Source of the DNA: an uncultured Bacilli bacterium
GTDB taxonomy: Bacteria > Bacillota_I > Bacilli_A > RF39 > UBA660
DNA: 64,000 nt
Direction of reading: 5' to 3'
NCBI GenBank assembly: GCA_947625505.1
Contig: CANQON010000005.1
Location: 819-64,818, forward strand
Numbering within the stretch: the first letter of the stretch is position 1; the number at the start of each line of letters is the position of its first letter. Position numbers and translations under genes: made by a program. The notes under the pieces are model-generated. The model worked only from the letters and a program-made list of their open reading frames with translations, was not told the origin of the DNA and searched no databases. Shown here in pieces: positions 10,419 to 20,262 of this stretch.

Positions 10419-10427
10419 AAAAAAGAA

Positions 10428-10970
10428 TTAAACGGTCATTAATTCTTCTTCTTTTTCTTTAAACTTTTCATCAACGATTTTATTATATTTATTAATTAAT
10501 TCTTGTACTTCTTCTTCCCCTGCTTTGATATCATCTTCAGGTACTTCTAATTTACTAATATCTTTATTAGCATCTTGACGAATATTACGTAAGACAATAC
10601 GACAATCTTCAGCATATGTCTTAGCTTGTTTTACATATTCTCTTCTTGTATCCTCAGTTAAAGCAGGAATATTTAAAATAATTACTTCTCCATTATTATT
10701 AGGTGTAATACCTACATTAGCAGCAAGAATTCCTTTTTCAATAGCACCAATAGAACTTCTATCGAAAGGTTTAATAGATAATTGACGAGCTTCAGGTATA
10801 GAGATTGTAGCTAATTGTTTAAGAGGTGTATCAACTCCATAATAATTAACCATAACTCCATCTAACATAGCAGGATTAGCTCTACCTGCACGAATATTCG
10901 TAAAACGTTTTACCATACTATCGATAGCTTCTTCCATACGTGTTTCTACTTCTAATAATATATCATCCAT
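10428..10970 (-). CDS. frr: ribosome recycling factor
   Basis: 180 aa with full-length RRF pattern (RANPAMLDGVMVNYYG, ISIPEARQLSIKPFD, LTEDTRREYVK). Confidence 0.93.
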   Translation of the reverse strand: MDDILLEVETRMEEAIDSMVKRFTNIRAGRANPAMLDGVMVNYYGVDTPLKQLATISIPEARQLSIKPFDRSSIGAIEKGILAANVGITPNNNGEVIILNIPALTEDTRREYVKQAKTYAEDCRIVLRNIRQDANKDISKLEVPEDDIKAGEEEVQELINKYNKIVDEKFKEKEEELMTV

Positions 10971-11024
10971 TTATATAATCTCTCCTAACAAATTCATTAT
11001 ATCATTAACATTATTATTTAGCAA

Positions 11025-12836
11025 TTAAAATCCACTACGCTTAAATAATTTTTCTAAGTCACTTTTAGAATAATAAATAACAGTTGGACGTCCATGAGGA
11101 CAATTAAATGGGTTATCACATTTTCTTAAATCATCAATTAATTGTTGCATTTCTTCAATAGTAATATTAGTATTAGCTTTAATACTCATCTTACATGCTA
11201 CTGTAGCCGATACATTATCATAAAATCTTACCATATCAAAGTCTTTTTCTTTTTCTAATACTACTTCAATAATACGTTTAATACCCTCATTTTCATTGCC
11301 ACTAGGTATCCAAACAGGATGAGCTTTAACAATAACCGAACTAACACCAAATTCTTCAATATCAAAATTTAAATCACGAAGTAAGTCTAAATTTTCTTTT
11401 AATTTTATAAATTCATCATTAGTATATTCGATAGTTAAAGGAATAATCATTGAAATACTCTCTTTTTTATGCTCTGCTAACTTTTTCTTTACCATTTCAT
11501 AATTAATTCTTTCTTTAGCAGCATGTTGATCAATAATATACATACCATTTTCATTTTGACATATGATATAAGTTCCATGAACTAAGCCTACAGGATAAAT
11601 AATAGGTAGTTTTTCCTTAACATCTTCATGAACTTCATAATTAGTTTCTTCTTCCTTTACTACTAAATCGGAATTAATAGTTAAATCACTTTCTTCATTC
11701 TTAGGTTCATCAAAATTTAATTTCAAATTTTCAAATTTATGTTTAACATTACCAACTATTAATTTATTAGTTAAAGCCTTATCATCTAGTTTATTATCAA
11801 AATAAGGATTAGCTATCTCAGGATTAGGATGTTCTTCAATATGAGGTATTAGTGTTTTAGGCCTTAAAGCTTCTCTAATTGTTTGAAAAACTAAGTCATT
11901 TAATACTTCTTGTTTACCAAATTTAATATCCATTTTTGTAGGATGAATATTAACATCTACTAAACTAGTATCTACATTAATATTTAAAACAACAATAGGA
12001 TAACGATTATCAGGTTTATAAGAATGATAAGCTTCATTAATATAACGATTTAATTCAGAGTTTCGAACATTTCTTCCATTAACGATTGTAACAATGCCAT
12101 TTCTATTAGCACGATGCACTTCAGGTAAAGATATATAGCCTGTTATTTCATAATCATTATTACTATTTTTTACTTCAATCATTTTTTTAGCAATACTTAA
12201 TCCATAAATATTATTAATAATTTTTAAAACATTACCTGATCCATCAGTACTAAATACGTTTCTTCCATCACTATATAAAGAAAAACGAATAAAAGGATGC
12301 GCTAAGGAAATTTTATTTATATAATCAACGATATTATATAATTCTGTTTGTAAGCTTTTTAGATGTTTTAAACGTGCAGGAGTATTATAAAATAATTCTT
12401 TAACACGCATTATTGCCCCTACTCTAGCATCACTATTAATAACATCAATTATTTTTCCTCCTTCAATATTAACTGTCGTACCTACATCTCCCATTGAAGT
12501 AATTAATTCTACTTTAGATACACTTGCAATACTCGCTAAAGCCTCACCTCTAAAACCTAAAGTAGCAATATGATATAAATCATCTTCATCATATATTTTA
12601 CTAGTAGCATGACGTGAAAAACAGTTAATAGCATCATCATGATCCATACCTTTGCCATTATCAATAACTGTTATTTCTTTAATACCTGATTCTACTAATT
12701 TAATAGTTATTTCCGTAGATCCTGCATCAATACTATTTTCTACTAATTCTTTAACAACAGATGCACATCTTTCGACTACTTCTCCTGCCGCTATTTTATT
12801 AGCTAAAACATCATCTAATAGTTTTATTATTGCCAT
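11025..12836 (-). CDS. mutL: DNA mismatch repair endonuclease MutL
   Basis: GHKL ATPase N-terminus (IAAGEVVERCASVVKELVENSIDAG), DQHAAKERINYE endonuclease motif, and C-terminal CPHGRP. Confidence 0.93.
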   Translation of the reverse strand: MAIIKLLDDVLANKIAAGEVVERCASVVKELVENSIDAGSTEITIKLVESGIKEITVIDNGKGMDHDDAINCFSRHATSKIYDEDDLYHIATLGFRGEALASIASVSKVELITSMGDVGTTVNIEGGKIIDVINSDARVGAIMRVKELFYNTPARLKHLKSLQTELYNIVDYINKISLAHPFIRFSLYSDGRNVFSTDGSGNVLKIINNIYGLSIAKKMIEVKNSNNDYEITGYISLPEVHRANRNGIVTIVNGRNVRNSELNRYINEAYHSYKPDNRYPIVVLNINVDTSLVDVNIHPTKMDIKFGKQEVLNDLVFQTIREALRPKTLIPHIEEHPNPEIANPYFDNKLDDKALTNKLIVGNVKHKFENLKLNFDEPKNEESDLTINSDLVVKEEETNYEVHEDVKEKLPIIYPVGLVHGTYIICQNENGMYIIDQHAAKERINYEMVKKKLAEHKKESISMIIPLTIEYTNDEFIKLKENLDLLRDLNFDIEEFGVSSVIVKAHPVWIPSGNENEGIKRIIEVVLEKEKDFDMVRFYDNVSATVACKMSIKANTNITIEEMQQLIDDLRKCDNPFNCPHGRPTVIYYSKSDLEKLFKRSGF

Positions 12837-12893
12837 CCTAACACTTCTTTCTATAAATATTATATCAAAATAATAAAAAAAGGACTATGTCCT

Positions 12894-13814
12894 TTATTCT
12901 AAATTTGCTTTTAATTTATCCATAATATTATCAATATCTTTATATAAGTTATACCACCAGTTCCAATTATCACGGATCTGTCTTTCATTATAGATATCAA
13001 TAATATCAAATTGATAATAATATACTTTTTCAAATAATACTTTTAAAGTATAGAATTTAAAACTTTTGGTATAAGTATCTAATATTTCATTATTTAATTC
13101 ACCATAATATTGTTTTAATATTTCATATAAATAATAAGTATCAAAATAGTCTTCAATCATACAGTGTTTAGTAGCGAACACAACTAATTCATATTCTTTA
13201 GTACAAATACTAGCTTCATCAAAATCAATAACACCAAATAATTGTCCTTGATACCATAATATATTACTATAGTTTAAATCATCATGACCAATATATTTAG
13301 AATTATCTCTTATTTCATCTTTTATTTCTTCATAACCTTTGATAATATCTTTAACTACTTTTTGATCAATTTTGGTTTTCTTTAATTTTTTTAAAGCTTC
13401 ATATTGTTTTTCAACAACATCTATTTTAATAACATCATCTTTCGCTATCTTATTAATTTTAATATTAGTAGCTCTAATTATATTCGTTATTTCTTCTATT
13501 TGCCTATGATCAGGATGAGATAACTCTTCACCATTAATATAACGATAGACTATTACTTTTTTACCTTCATAAGTTATTTCACGATCATTAATAGGTTCAG
13601 GTACACTAACAAAGTTTTTCCATATTTCCATTGTTTTACTAGCTGTAACAAGATTTCTTTCTAAATCATATATTTTAATTATTAATCTTCCTAAACTAGT
13701 ATCTACACGCCATATAGTATTCATAAGTCCTCCTGTAAGGTGCTTATAACTATATATATCGGCATTCTTATATGCTGTTGTACTAAGTATATTTTTAATA
13801 TCTTTTACTGTCAT
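12894..13814 (-). CDS. phosphotransferase family protein (APH/choline-kinase-like)
   Basis: Brenner-type HDDLNYSN catalytic loop followed by IDFDEA. AGGTGA RBS. Confidence 0.7.
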   Translation of the reverse strand: MTVKDIKNILSTTAYKNADIYSYKHLTGGLMNTIWRVDTSLGRLIIKIYDLERNLVTASKTMEIWKNFVSVPEPINDREITYEGKKVIVYRYINGEELSHPDHRQIEEITNIIRATNIKINKIAKDDVIKIDVVEKQYEALKKLKKTKIDQKVVKDIIKGYEEIKDEIRDNSKYIGHDDLNYSNILWYQGQLFGVIDFDEASICTKEYELVVFATKHCMIEDYFDTYYLYEILKQYYGELNNEILDTYTKSFKFYTLKVLFEKVYYYQFDIIDIYNERQIRDNWNWWYNLYKDIDNIMDKLKANLE

Positions 13815-14382
13815 TTAATTCACCTATCTTCTTTACTATATATTTTGTTTCTTCTTCAAAAGGAGTTTCATCAGTTAAACATCTTATATCAACACATTCT
13901 TTAATTAATGATTCATATAATGCTTCATTTCTTTTAGCAACTTCAATTCGAAAAGATGTATCTTCACTTTTTTGATGACGATCTTTAGTTCTTTCAATAA
14001 TCATTTTTTCGATATCAACAAATGTTAATTGAATAATAATCATATTATATTTTGACTTTAAAGGTATTAATTGTTCTAAATCCATATAGTTAACATTAAT
14101 AACTAAACCTGGATTACTTTCATAAGCTGCAAAAAAATCTTCTTTTAAGATACCATAATATCTTTCTTTATATCCTGAATAAAATAAAAATTCATTATTA
14201 TGTACTTTATCTAAAAAAGCATCCCGTGATATATAATTATAAAATCCAGGCTCATCATCATCCCTTTTTTCTCTAGTTGTCGTATGTATAGGAAATGGAT
14301 AATGATATTTTTCTCTTAGATAATTAGATAGACAAGTTTTCCCTGCCCCTGATGGACCTGTAATAGCAAGTACTGTTTTCAT
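13795..14382 (-). CDS. guanylate kinase family protein
   Basis: Start at MKTVLAITGPSGAGKT behind GAGGTGGA. TTREKRDDDEPGFYNYISRDAF..YYG layout resembles Gmk. Confidence 0.65.
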   Translation of the reverse strand: MKTVLAITGPSGAGKTCLSNYLREKYHYPFPIHTTTREKRDDDEPGFYNYISRDAFLDKVHNNEFLFYSGYKERYYGILKEDFFAAYESNPGLVINVNYMDLEQLIPLKSKYNMIIIQLTFVDIEKMIIERTKDRHQKSEDTSFRIEVAKRNEALYESLIKECVDIRCLTDETPFEEETKYIVKKIGELNDSKRY

Positions 14383-14448
14383 AATCCACCTCACTTATTT
14401 AATTATTATACATCTTTTTTCAAAATAAAAAAGGATTTTTTATCCTTT

Positions 14449-15639
14449 TTATATAATTTCTTTCTTTAAGTTAGGATTTTTTAAGACATCAATAAGTTTA
14501 TCAACTTCTTCTTTGGTGTTATAAAAGTAAAAACTTAAACGACAAGTATTCTTAATATTTATTTCGTCTTTTAATATTTTAGCACAATGATTGCCTGCTC
14601 TTACACATATATGATATTTATTTAAATAAATAGCTAAGTCTTGAGCAAAAATATCTTTATAGTTAAAAGCAATAATACCACTTTTACTATATTCATTATA
14701 AATAATAATATTATCTATCTCTTTTAATCTATTTAAAGCATATTCACGTAATTCTAACTCATATTTATGAATATTATCCATACCTATTTTATTTAAATAT
14801 TCAATACATTTTCCAAATCCTATTACACCAGCTATATTAGGAGTACCTGCTTCATAGAAATGAGGGGGTTCATTATATAATACATCACCATTAGCTTCAA
14901 AGCTACCATTCATTCCTCCTCCTACTATTAGAGGATACATTTTCTTAAGTAAAGAATATTTGCCATATAAAACACCTACTCCTGTAGGACCACACATTTT
15001 ATGAGCAGAGAAAGCTAGAAAATCAATATCTAATTCTTTAACATTAATTTTCATATGAGGAATAGATTGCGCACCATCAATAACTACTAATATATTATTT
15101 AAATGAGCAAATTCAATTATTTCTTTAATAGGTCTTACATCACCAATAACATTAGTAACCTGCGCTAAAGAAATAACTTTTGTATGACGTGTAATACTTT
15201 TTTTTACATTATCTAGAGTTACATGATGATGATTATCTAGTGGTATATAGTTAACATTAATACCAATATTTTTAGATAATTCAAACCATGGTAAAACTAA
15301 AGAAGCATGTTCACTTGTCGTTATTAATACTTCATCATCTTTATTTAAATAATGAGCAAAATAACCTAAGACAATTTTATTTAAAGCATCAGTTGCGTTA
15401 TTAGTAAATATAACTTCATTACTATCTGATCCAATAAATTCACTAACTAAGAAACGACTTTTTTCATATGTTTCATCAACTTTTAAACTAATATCATAAT
15501 CTCCACGATGAGCATTAGCGCTATAGTTATTGTAATAATCACTTATTGCATCAACAACGCATTTAGGCTTTAAAGTAGTTGCGCCATTATCAAAATATAT
15601 AATATCTTGTTTTAAAAGTTCAAAGTCTTCTCTATGCAT
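14449..15639 (-). CDS. sufS: cysteine desulfurase SufS (class V aminotransferase)
   Basis: PLP lysine motif FSAHKMCGPTG and catalytic Cys loop RAGNHCA. Adjacent to sufC/sufD. Confidence 0.9.
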   Translation of the reverse strand: MHREDFELLKQDIIYFDNGATTLKPKCVVDAISDYYNNYSANAHRGDYDISLKVDETYEKSRFLVSEFIGSDSNEVIFTNNATDALNKIVLGYFAHYLNKDDEVLITTSEHASLVLPWFELSKNIGINVNYIPLDNHHHVTLDNVKKSITRHTKVISLAQVTNVIGDVRPIKEIIEFAHLNNILVVIDGAQSIPHMKINVKELDIDFLAFSAHKMCGPTGVGVLYGKYSLLKKMYPLIVGGGMNGSFEANGDVLYNEPPHFYEAGTPNIAGVIGFGKCIEYLNKIGMDNIHKYELELREYALNRLKEIDNIIIYNEYSKSGIIAFNYKDIFAQDLAIYLNKYHICVRAGNHCAKILKDEINIKNTCRLSFYFYNTKEEVDKLIDVLKNPNLKKEII

Positions 15640-15642
15640 AAA

Positions 15643-16437
15643 TCACCTCCAATAACTTTTAATTAATTTTAATATTTGTTTAATCATTTTAGTATTATCT
15701 ATATCACTTAATAAGATTCCTGTAATCAATAGTTTATTAGCTTCACTTTCCTTAATACCTCTTGTCATAAGATAAAACATTTCTTCAGAATCAAATCCTC
15801 CAATTAATGCAGAATGATTAGCTGTTGTATCAAATTCATCAATATATAAATTAGGCCTAATTTCACACTTATTATTTGAAAAATTAATAATACGATTATT
15901 TTGATTAACAATACAAGAAGTAATACCTTTAGGTACATAACTAGATACTTGTAAACTTACTTTTCCATCTTTATTAATAACATTATTTTTAATATTACTA
16001 TTTGTTTTTTTAGCTTCATGATTAATAACTAAATCATATGTTTCATTACCTAAAGACATCGATTTAAAATTATAATTAATAGAACTATTTTCTCCTTTTA
16101 AATAAATCATAATCATTTCTCTAATATCAGTTAAGTAATTAAACTTATTAATACATAAAGAACTGTTTTCATCTAAATTATAAGTATATTGTACTTTACT
16201 TTTTAATCCTTTTTTTATTTCATATATATTACATTTAACATTAGGTAATAAATTAATAATAATATCTAATTTATTACTATCTAAATTAAAATCTAATTCT
16301 AAATCTGTATCTTTTAAGATATCAATCTTTATTTTGGTAATAGCGAAGATACCATCTGAAGACGATGTTTCTACCTTAATTTTTTTTGTTACTTTCTTTA
16401 GTTCAATTTTTTCTTTATCTATACATATTCTATTCAT
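15643..16437 (-). CDS. sufD: short SufB/SufD family Fe-S assembly protein
   Basis: C-terminal beta-helix motif RPNLYIDEFDTTANHSALIGGFDSEEMFYLMTRGI. Only 264 aa. Confidence 0.75.
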   Translation of the reverse strand: MNRICIDKEKIELKKVTKKIKVETSSSDGIFAITKIKIDILKDTDLELDFNLDSNKLDIIINLLPNVKCNIYEIKKGLKSKVQYTYNLDENSSLCINKFNYLTDIREMIMIYLKGENSSINYNFKSMSLGNETYDLVINHEAKKTNSNIKNNVINKDGKVSLQVSSYVPKGITSCIVNQNNRIINFSNNKCEIRPNLYIDEFDTTANHSALIGGFDSEEMFYLMTRGIKESEANKLLITGILLSDIDNTKMIKQILKLIKSYWR

Positions 16438-17218
16438 TTTTTAAAATATCCTTCACGATACAAGTACTAGATATATTTGTTTTTTCTTCTAAATCTCCAT
16501 ATCCATGTTCTTCAATATATTTAACTAAAGAAGCATCCCCACTTTTAACTATTTGACCATTAACCATAATATGAACAAAGTCAGGCTTAATATAATCTAA
16601 TAAACGCTTATAATGTGTTATAACAAGTAAACTAGCATTATATTCTTTTTGATAATCTGTAATATTTTCACCTACGATTTTAAGACTATCTACATCTAAT
16701 CCTGAATCTATTTCATCTAATATAACCATATCCGGTTTTAACATATACATTTGTAGAACTTCATTTTTTTTACGTTCTCCCCCACTAAAGCCTTGATTAA
16801 CTCCACGATGAATAAAGTCTTGATTAATCTTTAAAGTATCAGCTCTTTGTTCTAATTCTTTAATAAATTTAAATAATTTAAAATTATCTTTCTCTTTACT
16901 TGATACAGCTGTTCTTAAGAAGTCAGCATTACTAACTCCTTCTATTTCAATTGGTGATTGCATCGCTAAAAAGATTCCTAAACGAGCTCTTTCATCAGTA
17001 GTTAATTTTAAAATACTCTTATTATCAAATAATATATCACCACTAATAACTTCATAATCAGTATTACCCATGATTACTTTTGATAATGTACTCTTACCTG
17101 TTCCATTAGGCCCCATAATAGCATGTGTTTCTCCACTATTTATTTCTAAATTAAAATGATTAAGAATGACTTTATCACCAATCTTAACAGATAAATCATC
17201 AATCTTTAATGTATGCAT
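16430..17218 (-). CDS. sufC: Fe-S cluster assembly ATPase SufC
   Basis: Walker A GPNGTGKST, signature FSGGERKK, and Walker B ILDEIDSGLD. Confidence 0.93.
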   Translation of the reverse strand: MHTLKIDDLSVKIGDKVILNHFNLEINSGETHAIMGPNGTGKSTLSKVIMGNTDYEVISGDILFDNKSILKLTTDERARLGIFLAMQSPIEIEGVSNADFLRTAVSSKEKDNFKLFKFIKELEQRADTLKINQDFIHRGVNQGFSGGERKKNEVLQMYMLKPDMVILDEIDSGLDVDSLKIVGENITDYQKEYNASLLVITHYKRLLDYIKPDFVHIMVNGQIVKSGDASLVKYIEEHGYGDLEEKTNISSTCIVKDILKNE

Positions 17219-17297
17219 AGAATCATCTCCATTGTTAATTATACTAAATATTATAATAAAAATAAAGAAAAAAGGATATCTATATCATATAATTTAG

Positions 17298-17326
17298 TTG
17301 CATATTTACCTATTTTTTTGTATAAT
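17298..17326 (+). promoter_or_regulatory. sigma-A type promoter
   Basis: TTGCAT, 17 nt, TATAAT, about 25 nt upstream of the 17352 ATG. Confidence 0.55.
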
Positions 17327-17351
17327 AAGAAACCATTGAAGGTGAAATATT

Positions 17352-17474
17352 ATGGAAGATATTAACTTAGAAAATTTAAATAATGAAACACTTATTGATT
17401 TAGTCTCCCTTTTAGAAGGAATGGACGATACCTTAAAAGAAGAATTAGAGAGTGATACTAATGAAAAAAATTGA
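17352..17474 (+). CDS. small acidic protein (40 aa), unannotated in the ORF track
   Basis: ATG behind GAAGGTGA. Encodes MEDINLENLNNETLIDLVSLLEGMDDTLKEELESDTNEKN and overlaps the next start by 14 nt. Confidence 0.45.
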   Translation: MEDINLENLNNETLIDLVSLLEGMDDTLKEELESDTNEKN

Positions 17475-18561
17475 TGAACGTATAAAAAAGATTAATAAAG
17501 ATCATGAAGAACTTTTAAAAAGAGTTAAGGCTAGTTTACTACAAAACCGTGATCTTGTAGATGATGAAATTAATCATTTAAAAGAAGTTCTAGAAAAAGA
17601 AGATAATAATGTCAAACAATATAACGCTATTATTCAAGCACAAAATTTAATTGTTAGTTTAACAGAAGAAATTTTAGCTTGTAATTCTATTGATGATATT
17701 ATTAATATCCGTAAAAAACTAAATTATTATATTAATAAAATTAAAACCATTCTCGCTAAAAGAAATGTAAGTGAAACTACTATTACCAATTATCAAGAAA
17801 AAGTAAGTAGTTTAAGAAAAGATATTGCTAAATACATAAGATATTTAAAACGTGATAACAATCTATCGATGATTCAAGAATTACATGATAAAGGAGATCA
17901 GATGACACTTGAAGAACTACGAACTTTAAAAAAGGCTATCACTAAAGAAATAGCTTATAATAAAAGAAATTTAGTAAAAGAACAAGAAGTTAAATCATTA
18001 TTACCTGTTCCTATTAGTTTTCCTAATCTAACAGAAACACGTATGATAGAACAACCATTAAGATTTGACATTTGGCCTGAAAAAAGAGAAGAAATTGATT
18101 CAAATGCCTTTAGTATTAAACTTCCTGATGAAGAAGTAAGAACTATTGGTACGCATCAATTAACTATCGACGATAAAATTCATTTCTTTGAACGTAGTGC
18201 TCATAAATTTACAGAACAATATCATGTTATACCAACACATGATTATCAAAAAGCTAAAGTAGGAAGAAATATAGTTACTTTCTTTCAAAACTTACCACGT
18301 TATTTTCATAATAAGAAATTACTTAAAGTTATTAGAAAAGATTATATGATATATTACCGTGGATGTGACTTAGTAAGTTATATGGAATATATAAGACAAA
18401 GAAACTCTATTAAACATGGTTTAAGATGTATCTTTGATCAATCTTATTTATCATCTGAAGAAGTAGCTCGTTTAAATAGTCATGAACAATGTTCTATTTG
18501 GCTATTAAATTTCTGTAATGAAAGAAATCTAGATTTACCTGTCCAATATATTAAAGCATAA
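17461..18561 (+). CDS. hypothetical coiled-coil protein
   Basis: Start taken at the ATG (MKKIDERIKK). The N-terminal half is heptad-like and K/E-rich. No enzymatic motif recognised. Confidence 0.6.
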   Translation: MKKIDERIKKINKDHEELLKRVKASLLQNRDLVDDEINHLKEVLEKEDNNVKQYNAIIQAQNLIVSLTEEILACNSIDDIINIRKKLNYYINKIKTILAKRNVSETTITNYQEKVSSLRKDIAKYIRYLKRDNNLSMIQELHDKGDQMTLEELRTLKKAITKEIAYNKRNLVKEQEVKSLLPVPISFPNLTETRMIEQPLRFDIWPEKREEIDSNAFSIKLPDEEVRTIGTHQLTIDDKIHFFERSAHKFTEQYHVIPTHDYQKAKVGRNIVTFFQNLPRYFHNKKLLKVIRKDYMIYYRGCDLVSYMEYIRQRNSIKHGLRCIFDQSYLSSEEVARLNSHEQCSIWLLNFCNERNLDLPVQYIKA

Positions 18562-18585
18562 AAAGCCTATTTAAGGCTTTTTTAT
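18561..18585. terminator. bidirectional terminator between convergent genes
   Basis: AAAAGCCT-attta-AGGCTTTT hairpin flanked by A and T runs. Confidence 0.65.
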
Positions 18586-20192
18586 ATTAATTTATATACT
18601 TTTGGATTATCTATCGTTTCACTAGTTACAATTAATTTTGTATATTTAGACTTCGTTGTTTGTAAAACAAATTTAGAATGCGTTAAACTTTCATTAACAA
18701 CAATATTCATACCACGGAAGCCACTTTTCTTTTTAAAAGCATCATCACATAAGCGATCGATATAATCATCACTAAAAACGATTTCCACGCCATAATTTCT
18801 TTTAAATTTATTATTTTGAATAACAAATGGCGATAATAATCCTTTTAAAAGAGCTTCCCGCATCATTTCTTTTGTAACTCTATTATATTGAACAAAAAGA
18901 TTCCATCGTCCAACAAATTCATCAGCTAATCCATATTGTTGTAAATCATCAATAGATACATCTTTTTCTAATTCTTCTTCAGTATTATATATGCCAATAC
19001 GATGACTTTCTTTCTTAAAGATATCTTCAAAAGCACCTCCACAAGCAACTGTCATCATACTAGTATCAATAATGACAGAGTTACCTAATTTATCAATTTC
19101 AACATTAAATTTACTTCCTTCAATAAATTTAAGTAAAGCTTGTTGAGCACCGATATCACTAACAGAATTTCCACGACTTGCTAACTTATCTACTTCATCA
19201 AAGAAGACAATAGCTCTTTCTGTTTTATCGATATTTTTACCACATAACATATATAAATCATTTAAAACATTTAAAACACTTTTACCATGATATCCTTCTT
19301 GAACAATGGTATTACAATCAACAGTAATAACAGGAACATCTAATATTTGACCTAATAACTTAAATAATAAGCTTTTACCACTTCCTGTTTGCCCTATAAT
19401 AAAAGGTTTAATAATCTCTTCAGGAGTAGTAGCATACAAATTATCAAATACTGCACTAACAATCATTTCAACAGCTTGATCTTGTCCAATAATACGATTT
19501 TTTATATATGCTGTTGCGCTACTAACATCTATTACACTTGGTTTTGGACTATCTTCTACTTTGGGTAAAGATTTAGGTATTTTTACTTCTTTATCATGAA
19601 CTGTTACTTCTAATATTTCAGTACCATCAGGAGAAGTCTTAATCTCACTTATGTCTTTTTCTTTTTTTAATTTTTCAATAGCAGATGTTCGACGAAATAA
19701 ATTACCTAATAATTGTCTTAATTCTTTAGGATTAGGTATTTCTAACATTCTCTTTAATTGTCCTTTAGTTAATGTAACATACCCTTCCCCATCATCAATA
19801 CGATAAGTAGGTAAATGCGTTAAAGATTGAATTTGTAATTTATTAAGCGATATAACATTTATTTGCTTACATTTTTTATCTATATAACCTAATAAAATAA
19901 CATCTTTAATTTCATCATAAAAATGGGATAATGCTTCATAGGTATTAGGTATTTGATATCTATTTTGTAAATCATGAGCTGTGATATCAAAATAATATGA
20001 TAAATCACGACCTGATGTAAAACATTCAAAATCTTTACAACTATAAAAAGTATGACCTGAGTGATCAATAAAACACCCATCATTTCTATCTATTATTCCC
20101 TCAGAATAATTACAAGGCATAAATAAATATAAATCATCACATATTAATTGCTTTTTATAAATAACAGCAAATACTTCATTAGGTGTACGCAT
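18582..20192 (-). CDS. ClpX-like AAA+ ATPase with non-canonical N-terminal domain
   Basis: The C-terminal 300 aa are collinear with ClpX (IIGQDQAVEMIVSAV, GQTGSGKS, pore loop GYHG, FFDEVDKL, AQQALLKFIEGS, RIGIY at the IGF-loop position). The N-terminal 230 aa are unrelated to the C4 zinc-binding domain. ATG follows GGAG plus 8 nt. Confidence 0.75.
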   Translation of the reverse strand: MRTPNEVFAVIYKKQLICDDLYLFMPCNYSEGIIDRNDGCFIDHSGHTFYSCKDFECFTSGRDLSYYFDITAHDLQNRYQIPNTYEALSHFYDEIKDVILLGYIDKKCKQINVISLNKLQIQSLTHLPTYRIDDGEGYVTLTKGQLKRMLEIPNPKELRQLLGNLFRRTSAIEKLKKEKDISEIKTSPDGTEILEVTVHDKEVKIPKSLPKVEDSPKPSVIDVSSATAYIKNRIIGQDQAVEMIVSAVFDNLYATTPEEIIKPFIIGQTGSGKSLLFKLLGQILDVPVITVDCNTIVQEGYHGKSVLNVLNDLYMLCGKNIDKTERAIVFFDEVDKLASRGNSVSDIGAQQALLKFIEGSKFNVEIDKLGNSVIIDTSMMTVACGGAFEDIFKKESHRIGIYNTEEELEKDVSIDDLQQYGLADEFVGRWNLFVQYNRVTKEMMREALLKGLLSPFVIQNNKFKRNYGVEIVFSDDYIDRLCDDAFKKKSGFRGMNIVVNESLTHSKFVLQTTKSKYTKLIVTSETIDNPKVYKLI

Positions 20193-20262
20193 AATAATCA
20201 CTCCATAGTTTTTTATTATATAACATAAATAATTATTTCACAATAAAAATAGACTTTTACGT

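Noticed and set aside
11025-12836. mutL has no adjacent mutS.
   Set aside because: Gene order varies among lineages and mutS may be elsewhere. This cannot be judged from one window.
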